From assembly GCA_963782285.1 (NCBI GenBank), contig CAWAJH010000010.1, positions 138,682 to 202,681 of the forward strand: a stretch of DNA of 64,000 nt, read 5' to 3'. This document shows positions 1-8,184 of the stretch, piece after piece (position 1 is the first letter of the stretch; every line of letters starts with the position of its first letter). Source of the stretch: an uncultured Acidobacteriaceae bacterium (GTDB taxonomy: Bacteria > Acidobacteriota > Terriglobia > Terriglobales > Acidobacteriaceae). The notes under the pieces are model-generated. The model was not told the DNA's origin and did not search any database. It saw only the letters and a list, made by a program, of their open reading frames with translations. A program made the translations under genes and the position numbers.

Positions 1-188
1 TTTGGAGGGCGGAGCGATCATCCATTATCGTTGCCAGTTTACGCAAGCGCGGGCAGGAGAAGGCGGTCAAGTTCGCGCCCAGTGTTCCTTATGCGAAGAA
101 GAACGGCGAGTCCCACCGCCAACGCGCCGGAGCCTGGATTCAGGCATTGTGTCAAGGGAGTTACTGAAGAACAGCACAAACAGCGATC

Positions 189-986
189 TCATTGATCATC
201 ATGCTTCCGCGGCTTGTTGGTCCGGGATTCAGTGAGAGCAACACGAGTCGTGCGGGCCGCACCGGCCATGGCCAAAAGGAAGCTTTCCATCTGGGGGGTG
301 AATTCGCGGCGCGCAGCCTCTTTCTGCGAGAAAGAGAAGATCCAATAGAACAAGGAACAGAGAGCAGCAAGCGACGCCCACCGCTCCAGGCGAGACCACT
401 GCAAATGGGTGTTTTGATGCGCCTGCAGGATTGAGACGACCACACTGACCAGCGAATAAAACCCAAGCCCCGCGGCTACTTGCAATTCGCGATCGCGCCA
501 GCCGATCGATAGCAATTCGCTACCTGCGGCCAAAATGAGAAAGAGCAGGATCCTGAGAATGGACACTGTCTGCTGCAGTTGAACCATAAAGAGCCACTGC
601 CGTGACGAGTCATGCGCAAGAGCGGGGACGGCGGCGAAGGGCCAGATGGCCGCGCCCGCTGCCAGAATCAAGACAGCCACAATGACTAAAACGCCGCGCG
701 ACAGGGATGCCTGGATCGGCCGGAGAGTAGACCAGGCGATTTCCACCATAACGCAGACGAGGAAAGCCGAATCGATCGCGATCTGGATGAAGTACGTGTC
801 AAAATATTTGCTGGGGTAGTGGCGCATGACTGAGTACACGACAATATCGCTCAAAATGTCCCAGACAACATAGGAACAAAAGACAGGCAGAATGCGCCAT
901 ACGCGCCTATAAATGAGCAGCACAATCACGACGGCATCGGTCAAAATGACAGCCGCGAAAACCGCGTTGTCAAAACTTATTGACAT
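189..986 (-). CDS. 7-TM integral membrane protein of unknown function (candidate peptide receptor)
   Basis: ATG 986 (MSISFDN) with a G/A-rich RBS; seven hydrophobic segments joined by short charged loops; hydrophilic C-tail; downstream of and co-oriented with the repeat-peptide gene. Confidence 0.85.
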   Translation of the reverse strand: MSISFDNAVFAAVILTDAVVIVLLIYRRVWRILPVFCSYVVWDILSDIVVYSVMRHYPSKYFDTYFIQIAIDSAFLVCVMVEIAWSTLRPIQASLSRGVLVIVAVLILAAGAAIWPFAAVPALAHDSSRQWLFMVQLQQTVSILRILLFLILAAGSELLSIGWRDRELQVAAGLGFYSLVSVVVSILQAHQNTHLQWSRLERWASLAALCSLFYWIFSFSQKEAARREFTPQMESFLLAMAGAARTTRVALTESRTNKPRKHDDQ

Positions 987-1276
987 CCCGTCCGCTCCCC
1001 CCAATTGGTTGACTCGAGGATAGCAGCATTATCGGTGAGGCGAGAGGAACGAACGCGGCGCATGTACCCAAATAATATAGACGGGTAGAAGGTAAAATAC
1101 CCACGTGCCAATACAGGCGGGACTCAACACAGACAATGAAAACAACCTGGAAGCGATCTGTGCGCCGTCCGACCTTCAGTCACGAAACAACGTCGGGCTG
1201 AGAAGACAGCCGAGCGTGGGAATTGGTTCTTGCACCCGCCGTTAGCATGCGAAGCGGCGAACCCCGCCGTATTTGC

Positions 1277-1696
1277 CTAGCTGACTGCGAGCGCGCCAGC
1301 AGAGGGCGGTATGGGGAACGGAAATGCGTTTGCCGCGCTGGCAGAGGGCGGTATGGGGAACGGAAATGCATTTGCCGCGCTGGCAGAGGGTGGTATGGGA
1401 AACGGAAATGCGTTTACCGCGCTGGCAGAGGGCGGTATGGGGAACGGAAATGCATTTACCGCGCTGGCAGAGGGCGGTATGGGGAACGGAAATGCATTTA
1501 CCGCGCTTGCAGAGGGCGGTATGGGGAACGGAAATGCGTTTACCGCGCTGGCAGAGGGCGGTATGGGGAACGGAAATGCATTTACCGCGCTGGCAGAGGG
1601 CGGTATGGGGAATGGAAACGCAAACCCCGTGCTGGCGCAAGCCAATAACACCGTTAAAAAGGCAACTTTAACTAGGTTCAAATCATTCGTACGCAT
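1277..1696 (-). CDS. Secreted multi-core peptide precursor (signal peptide + 8 x FPFPIPP cores with SASA(V/A)NA spacers)
   Basis: GGGAGA RBS before ATG 1696; Sec-type signal MRTNDLNLVKVAFLTVLLACASTGFA ends exactly at the first core; repeat variation is synonymous except one V/A change. Confidence 0.85.
   Translation of the reverse strand: MRTNDLNLVKVAFLTVLLACASTGFAFPFPIPPSASAVNAFPFPIPPSASAVNAFPFPIPPSASAVNAFPFPIPPSASAVNAFPFPIPPSASAVNAFPFPIPPSASAANAFPFPIPPSASAANAFPFPIPPSAGALAVS
1298..1618. repeat. 42-bp coding tandem repeat, ~7.6 units
   Basis: Unit GCAGAGGGCGGTATGGGGAACGGAAATGCRTTTRCCGCGCTG repeated head-to-tail with no spacers. Confidence 0.97.
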
Positions 1697-2696
1697 TGAC
1701 ACATCTCCCAGCAGCAGACAGCCGCCATACAACGTTTGCTCAATAAGAGTAACCCAAACCGACCAGGCCTGCTACAACAAAAGTGCAATTGCAAATATTT
1801 TTTTCCGGTAGTACTCATTCGGCTGTCCTTATGGTAATCAACGCTAGGTTACCTGGCATAAGTTTTGTTGAATCTTCGCCTTATCGGGGCGAAAGAGACG
1901 CAAAAGTTTCGACTTACGCGTAGCGATGGGGAAACTTCCTCGCGCGAAGACTGCACGCGATCCGGTGCAAGGCGAGGTTTCGCAGCTGGTCTGCGCGCCC
2001 AATCAAGGTCGTATCAGCGTGCTGGCTGAGTTACGCAAGGATCAGGGCGCGATTACTGTCCAGGAATGCCCATCGAATTGCGTCCGGAAGGGAAAATGGG
2101 CGTAAATCCGAAGCGCGACTCTTAGGTTTCGCAGGGTAAATACCAGCAATCATCTATCTGTTTCGATCTGCTGCCAAAGCCAGTGCGATTGATTTCACTC
2201 GGGGGAGATGCAGCGAGTTCCATACGCTTTGTTCGCGCGATACTTTGCCAGAGCAGCTTTGCCGCAGACCAAGGGACGCTCCGCGATCCATCAAACGGCC
2301 AATCGAGTGGCGGAAGTCGAGACCGATCGGACGAAACAACTTTAGATTGAGTTCCGACTGAATTTGACGAGCCAGCGGTGCGGGGATGACGAGCGCGGCG
2401 AGAAGGCGATAAAGCGCAGTGGAAGAGCGCGGCTGCGGTCAACAGATAAAAGGTTTTGTGCCGCCAAGAACAGTCGCTGAAGGGTTCACCAATTTCAGTT
2501 TGCGATTCACGCTCTCACCGGAGGGATCCGTTTGCAGTGAGCGGATTGGAAGGGCAAAAGATTCGAGATTTGGGGAGTGGTAAGGGGCGTTTCAAAGACG
2601 CTGCCGGAAGGTTACTACTCTGGAAACTTTCGTGCCCTATGGTAAATAAGGAAAAACAGTTACAGTGACACCAGGGTACATACTCAGGTCAAGCAT

Positions 2697-3065
2697 ATGA
2701 GTTCTCCCAATCCAGATTCACCGCTTCCGCCCGGTTCGCCTGCGCCCTCACAAGGACGGCAAGAGGTTCGTTGTGCGGTGCGATTTCCCCTTTCTTTGCC
2801 GGTGACATTAACGGCTCGCGAGGAAGAGGGTGAGGTCGCTGCGTCCACCAGAAATGTTTCCGCGAGCGGTGTCCTTTTTTCATTGGACCGGGACTTAGAG
2901 GTTGGAGCCGACATTCGCTTTTCAATGCGAATGCCCCATACGGTGCTTGGCTCCCCCAATGATGTTATGGTCCATTGCAAGGGGCGTGTGGTACGCTGCT
3001 CCTCAAGCCATAATGAGCATCTCGCTGCTGCCACTATCGACGATTATCGATTTGCGGAGCATTGA
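2697..3065 (+). CDS. Stand-alone PilZ domain protein (c-di-GMP receptor)
   Basis: RxxxR (RCAVR) and D/NxSxxG (NVSASG) motifs; GRVVR strand. Confidence 0.85.
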   Translation: MSSPNPDSPLPPGSPAPSQGRQEVRCAVRFPLSLPVTLTAREEEGEVAASTRNVSASGVLFSLDRDLEVGADIRFSMRMPHTVLGSPNDVMVHCKGRVVRCSSSHNEHLAAATIDDYRFAEH

Positions 3066-3095
3066 GAATGCGGTTGGCTTGAACTGCAGCCGGAT

Positions 3096-3842
3096 ATGGA
3101 AATCCTAGACGATAAACCTGAAGGCGAAGCTGTCGAAACCCCGATCAAGCCCGGGACAATCCGCGTGATTCTTGCGGATTCCCAGGCGATTTATCGAGTC
3201 GGGATTCGCAAAGTGTTCGCCCTAGAAGACGATATTCGCGTCGTAGCACAGGCAGATTCTCTGGAGAATCTGCGCGCGGCGATCGAGCGCTATCCGAGCG
3301 ACGTTGTCCTGTTAGAAGGAAGCATGCTGGCGGGCACGTCGAACGTGATTCCAGAATTACTGCGTCTTGCGCCGAGCGTGAAGCTGATTGTGCAGGCTGT
3401 TCAGGCAGACGAGAACCACACGGTTGAGCTTTACCGTCGTGGCGTGCGCGGCATTGTTTCGCGCTCGATTTCGCCGGATCTGCTGGTACGCTGCGTGCGC
3501 CGCATCGCCGCAGGCGAAACCTGGATCGACAACCAATCGGTGAATTGGGTGATTGAGGCTTATCGCGCCCAGGCAGCCTCGCTTGTGAGCCCGCGGAGTC
3601 AGCCGCGCCTTTCTCCCAAGGAAATGTCGATCATCACCTGCATCACGCAAGGGAAGCGCAACAAAGAAATCGCTTTCCAACTGGGCACCACGGAGCAGGT
3701 GATCAAGAATTATTTGCGCAAGATTTACGACAAGCTCGGTGTGTCAGACCGGCTCGAGCTCGCTCTCTATTGCCTGCACAACAAAATCATCCAGTCCGAA
3801 CTAGACGAGGAGACGGTGGCGCACAAGATCGTCACCCAATAG
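3096..3842 (+). CDS. NarL/LuxR-family response regulator with atypical receiver domain
   Basis: REC-like N-terminus; LSPKE...GKRNKEIA...KNYLRKIYDKLGV LuxR HTH. Confidence 0.92.
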   Translation: MEILDDKPEGEAVETPIKPGTIRVILADSQAIYRVGIRKVFALEDDIRVVAQADSLENLRAAIERYPSDVVLLEGSMLAGTSNVIPELLRLAPSVKLIVQAVQADENHTVELYRRGVRGIVSRSISPDLLVRCVRRIAAGETWIDNQSVNWVIEAYRAQAASLVSPRSQPRLSPKEMSIITCITQGKRNKEIAFQLGTTEQVIKNYLRKIYDKLGVSDRLELALYCLHNKIIQSELDEETVAHKIVTQ

Positions 3843-3900
3843 CGCAATCCGAATACCCACTACGACAAGGGAACGGTCGCAGAAGATTTTGATTGCCGGG

Positions 3901-4386
3901 CTATTCACGTAGCTCCGGCTCGCCGCAGGTTTGCCGGGCAAGTTCCAACAACCGGATCATCTCTGACAATTCAAACTCATTGAGATGCCCGAGAAGTTCG
4001 ATGGGCATGCGATGAATGGTCGGATCCATGGCGCGGAGTATGTCCAGCCCGGATTGGGAAATTTGCGTCCGGACGACACGACGATCCTGGCGGTCGCGAT
4101 GCCGGCGGATCAGTTTGAGGCGCTGGAGGCGGGCTAGCAGGCGGGTAATGTCTGGCTCCGCCGTGATCATGCGAGCCCCGATGGCGGCGCAGGTGAGCCC
4201 CTCCGGCGGTGCACCGCGCAGGATTCGTAAGACGTTGTATTGGGTCGAGGTCAGTCCCCAGCCGCGGGTTTTTTGCTGGAAGGCTCGCTGCAGGCAATCG
4301 GAAGTGCGCATGAGATTAAGGATCGCCTCTTCCTCCGGACTGGAGAAGGGTGCCGACTGAGCAATTTCAGATTTCAAGTTCGTCAT
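3901..4386 (-). CDS. MarR family transcriptional regulator
   Basis: LTSTQYNVLRILRG...PDITRLLARL...DRR motifs. Confidence 0.92.
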   Translation of the reverse strand: MTNLKSEIAQSAPFSSPEEEAILNLMRTSDCLQRAFQQKTRGWGLTSTQYNVLRILRGAPPEGLTCAAIGARMITAEPDITRLLARLQRLKLIRRHRDRQDRRVVRTQISQSGLDILRAMDPTIHRMPIELLGHLNEFELSEMIRLLELARQTCGEPELRE

Positions 4387-4432
4387 ATAGATCCTTCGCG
4401 CGCTCTGCCCTTCACTGTACCCGAATGCTAAG

Positions 4433-4756
4433 ATGCATCAGAGTAAATACTCGTTGCAACAAGTATTCTCTGCCGGCTTCGCTATCGCTGCGCTGATGCA
4501 GTTCATGGTGCAGGACGCCTGGGGCGGAGTTCCGGCATACCTTACCGAGTTGTCGCCGGCTCCAGTGCGCGCCACCGCTGCCGGCTTGGCGTGCCAGCTG
4601 GGAGCGCTCATCTCGTCGTGGAATGGTGAAGGGCAAGCTCTGGCAGCGGAGCGCTGGGGCAACTATCCATCGGTGCTCGCGATCACCGTTGCAGTGGTGC
4701 ATTGGCCCTGGCAGGCCTGGCAGCATTGGGCCGCGAAGCGGTGGGCACGGAGATAA
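4433..4756 (+). pseudogene. C-terminal remnant of an MFS (Jen1/NanT-like SHS family) transporter
   Basis: MQFMVQxAWGxVPAYLTELSPAPVRAT..GLAxQLG motif; N-terminal part absent and motifs degraded. Confidence 0.7.
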
Positions 4757-5116
4757 CCGAGACGTAGATTCTCTGGCGAGCAAACGACAGATTCGGTGAG
4801 CCGCCAACAAATTCAAATCGAACAACTCTGTTCCGCGATTCGCCGTTTTGCGGCTCCAATCGACCTTTCGTACAGCGCACGCAAGCACTCCGGCAGTGGC
4901 AGGTAATCACATTGTGTTACTTGTTCGCTAAAGCCTCATATGACCAAGCGCGCAGTGTCGGCCCTCTCCATTCCCACCTTTGCGGCATTGTTCGGGTTGG
5001 TTCAAACAGCTAGCTTCAATGCAACGGAAACCCGGATCCATGGACCTCGAATGCGATTGCGCGGCGGGCGAGAAGGATCGCGGTGCCGATGAGGCAAGTT
5101 CCGACGGTCTGATTCC

Positions 5117-6073
5117 ATGTTGGACAAAACAAATCTGGTGATGCTGCTCTTCGGTCTCATAGTGCTTGGAGTGAGTGCCATCGGGGTCGTGCTGATCCGA
5201 ATGAAGAGGGCGAAGGCTGTTGCGAGATCCCGCATCTCGGATGAAGTCAGTGGGCAGACTCGACCAAAGAATGCACAGGATCTGCAGGCTCTCGATACTC
5301 TGCGCTTCGCGGTGGAGATGGGCCGGGCCAGCCTGGAGCCTGAGGTCGCCCTGACAGGCAGCGGAGCCGGCGAATTGCAGGGAGAGATGCAATCGTTTGC
5401 CGCGCCTGCGGAGCAGAAGGTCGCGATGACTGCGCCAGCATCGCGAAAGGGACATGAGCCCGGTGCAAGCTCCGTTGCACCGGACAGGGCGACGACGGCA
5501 AACGACATTCCGTGGTGGCTTGCCGAAGCTCCGCCACGGTCGGATACGTCGCTCACGCAGTCGCGCGTTCCGAGAGTCGGGAGCTCTCAACCTGAGCCGA
5601 ACGGCGTGCAAGGCGGCGGTCTGGAGCAGGAGCGGACCGAGAGAACACCGGAAGAGGCCAGAGCAGTGCGGGTGCCGCGATTGACCGAACTCAGGGGCAC
5701 GCTGTTCTCAACGGGGATCAAAGAGTTGGATCATGCGAGGCACGAAAACGAGCACGCGGCCGAAACGAAACAAACGGCGAACGAGATGGCGCCACTGGAG
5801 GCATTTCTAGGCGCCGCAGAGCTCCAAAGGAACGCGACTCCGCCGCAAACGGCAGATGCGGAAACCATGGGGCCGATTCTTCCGGCGCCGCGAGAACGGG
5901 TTGAGCCCGTAACGCGAAACGACGAAGAACGGAAGAGTGCTATGCAGTCGCGGCTGTTTCTCCCGAGGCCTGCGAAGCCGGCGAAGGGTAAACCGCGCCA
6001 GGATGCGCGCACGCCGATTGACAAGGTGGAGATTTTGCCCTCGCGGCGCGGGCAATACAAGAGGAAGGACTGA
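5117..6073 (+). CDS. Hypothetical membrane-anchored, low-complexity protein
   Basis: N-terminal TM helix, Pro/Ala/Glu-rich body, basic C-terminus ILPSRRGQYKRKD. Confidence 0.7.
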   Translation: MLDKTNLVMLLFGLIVLGVSAIGVVLIRMKRAKAVARSRISDEVSGQTRPKNAQDLQALDTLRFAVEMGRASLEPEVALTGSGAGELQGEMQSFAAPAEQKVAMTAPASRKGHEPGASSVAPDRATTANDIPWWLAEAPPRSDTSLTQSRVPRVGSSQPEPNGVQGGGLEQERTERTPEEARAVRVPRLTELRGTLFSTGIKELDHARHENEHAAETKQTANEMAPLEAFLGAAELQRNATPPQTADAETMGPILPAPRERVEPVTRNDEERKSAMQSRLFLPRPAKPAKGKPRQDARTPIDKVEILPSRRGQYKRKD

Positions 6074-6172
6074 CGGCGGAGAGATGAGAGGAAATGCCGG
6101 GCTCCGCGGAATGAGAGCCGGCGAAACTTTTCAACGAGCTTATTATCCATAGCTTAATGAACGGAAAAGCCC

Positions 6173-6219
6173 AGCCTTCCACTTTCCAGCAATACGGGAG
6201 GTGGGAGGCTCGGTTTTTT
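6173..6219 (+). terminator. Rho-independent terminator
   Basis: AGCCTTCCACTTTCC/GGGAGGTGGGAGGCT stem (with G-U pairs) followed by a T-run. Confidence 0.65.
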
Positions 6220-7091
6220 ATGGCGCGAAGAAGGGTGAGGGGAACGTCTGGCCGGACTCGTATCGCGGCATGCTGTGTAGATTTCAGTTACTCCCCCCGC
6301 CCCCCTATGTTTTGGGGCTAAAGGGTTTAGTTTCAGTTGCTTGTACCCTCGATCATTTGCTCCATCCCATTGATTCTAAAGGAGGTAAAAGCTAATATAG
6401 GCAGAATCAACGACTTAGCAGCGTGGACCGTGAACCGTGGTCGGCGATGTTTTTGCCCCAAAAAACGGGCGGCCCGAGGAGTGCCGACCATGCCAAACCG
6501 GCATCCCCGAGCCGCCTGATGAAGGAAACTGCTCTGTCTATTTCGAGTGTAGGGAACCCGTGGAAATAATCTGCAAAGTCCCGGAGAGGAATAGCGGGTT
6601 TTGGAATGAGGGGGAAGCGAGGTTGTGGGAGGACTGAGAGATTGACAGAGGCAGAGGAAAGGCTGGCAGCCAGGCGCGAGAGTGAGACGTGCGGCGAGGT
6701 TGGAGGCCGCAAGGGCGTTTGAATTAAGCCGCTGGCGCGGCGGACGCTATGCGTGCGATACTTTCGACATCGTGGTCTGCTTCGTGTCCGGAATCGCATC
6801 TCGCCTGTTTCCTCTATCGCTTTATTATTCTATTCGTTGCGGGCAGGAAATGATTCAATTCCCATAGCGCGACCGCATCCGCCGCAAACGCCACCGGCTC
6901 ACTTCAAACGACCCTATCGAAACTGCCCCGGAGAAGAACGTGGGTCATCCCTGCTCATCGTGTCGGGGCAGTCCCGATAGAGACCTAACGTTTGTCGGGA
7001 GTTAACTGTGATCCCGAATACTCGCGTGGCCCCCGAAGGAGGGCCAAAGGGTTGGCCCCAAGCCTTCGGATGGCAATGCTCGTTTTTTTGA

Positions 7092-7649
7092 TCAGCTGAC
7101 CGCTTCCAGAGTTCTGCGTGCTGCCACAGAGTACATGAGCCGGGTGAATCCGCTCGTGATGAGGTTGATGCCGAGGATCGTTCCAATAGCCCAAATCGAA
7201 CTGCCCGGCCAGGGACGCCAGATCAGATACGCCAGGAACAGAGTCACGATGCCGTCGAACAGCGCCCATCCGGAGCCGGGCAATGTGCGGAACTGGAAGA
7301 ACACAACAGTCTCCAGCAGTCCCTCGATGAAGAACATCACCGCCATCGCCAGCGTAAGAGACTCCAGTGCGAGTCCCGGATTGAAGGCCAGGTAGAGGCC
7401 GCCAAGAATATAGACCGCGCCGATCAGTAGGCGCCACAGGAATGATCCTGCGCTTCGTGCCGCGAAGGCGGACGCCACGTAAGCGATGCCGCCGAAAACG
7501 ATGATCCAGGCGACCGCGATGGAGACGCCGATGCCGGTCGCGAGCGGTAGAAACAGCGCCAGAACTCCCAATATGACCATGACGATGCTCCATCCGATAG
7601 AGGCCCCGGCAGTTTGCTTGAAGATGTTTGTTGTGCTTTGTGCATTCAT
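7092..7649 (-). CDS. HdeD/DUF308 family membrane protein
   Basis: AGGAGGAG RBS; six TM segments; WPGSSIWAIGTILGINLI motif. Confidence 0.9.
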   Translation of the reverse strand: MNAQSTTNIFKQTAGASIGWSIVMVILGVLALFLPLATGIGVSIAVAWIIVFGGIAYVASAFAARSAGSFLWRLLIGAVYILGGLYLAFNPGLALESLTLAMAVMFFIEGLLETVVFFQFRTLPGSGWALFDGIVTLFLAYLIWRPWPGSSIWAIGTILGINLITSGFTRLMYSVAARRTLEAVS

Positions 7650-7827
7650 GTTTTCTCCTCCTTTTCTTGTGAGCCGTGAGACGCGGACTCGAAGCCTCGC
7701 GTTCTTGCGGCAGTTGTATCGGCTGGCCGGCTCAGCCACGAGGGCGGGAGTCTGTTGCCCGCCCTCAACGTCCAAGTCGGGGCCGATGTTTCGATGTGAA
7801 TTGCGAAGGACGCTACACGCGTCGCTC

Positions 7828-8127
7828 CTAGTGTGCCTCGGCCTTCGACTCGATCCCCTTGAGCAACTTCTCAAACTCGACGATATCGGCTTCGAGATCG
7901 GTTTTCGCCTGGTTCCAGGCTTCACCGCTGGACTTCTTCAGCTCCTGCAGTTTCCGCTGGATTGACTGTTTCTTCGGAGCCAGGTCGGCGATCGCCTTGA
8001 TCTCGGCGTTCGCTTTGGCGTTCTCCGCCTGTGCCTTCAACGTGTGCAGCTTGGCCTCAGCTAATTTGATCTGGGACTCAAGCTTGTCGTGGACTGCTTG
8101 CTTTGCAACGATTGTTTCGATGGTCAT
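7828..8127 (-). CDS. Small coiled-coil hypothetical protein
   Basis: GAGGAG RBS; helical heptad pattern, LQELKKSSGEAW motif. Confidence 0.8.
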   Translation of the reverse strand: MTIETIVAKQAVHDKLESQIKLAEAKLHTLKAQAENAKANAEIKAIADLAPKKQSIQRKLQELKKSSGEAWNQAKTDLEADIVEFEKLLKGIESKAEAH

Positions 8128-8184
8128 GATTTCTCTCCTCTTTCTTCGCTGGTTAATTGGGTGTGGGTGCGCGGTCGATCTGGC

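Noticed and set aside
189-986. Microbial rhodopsin
   Set aside because: No retinal-binding Lys (DxxxK) within TM7.
1298-1618. CRISPR array
   Set aside because: The 42-bp units are contiguous with no unique spacers, are a multiple of 3, and no cas genes are present.
1277-1696. Cyanobactin, lanthipeptide or other classical RiPP cluster
   Set aside because: No PatA/PatG, YcaO, LanM, radical SAM or peptidase-ABC genes nearby, and the leader is a Sec signal rather than a RiPP leader.
1311-1811. Plus-strand repeat ORF (MGNGNAFTALAEGG)n and the other repeat frames
   Set aside because: The plus-strand ORF shares wobble positions with the minus-strand frame, so synonymous variation cannot exclude it. 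However it starts inside the repeat and lacks a leader, whereas the minus frame has an RBS and a signal peptide ending exactly at core 1. The other frames show non-synonymous variation.
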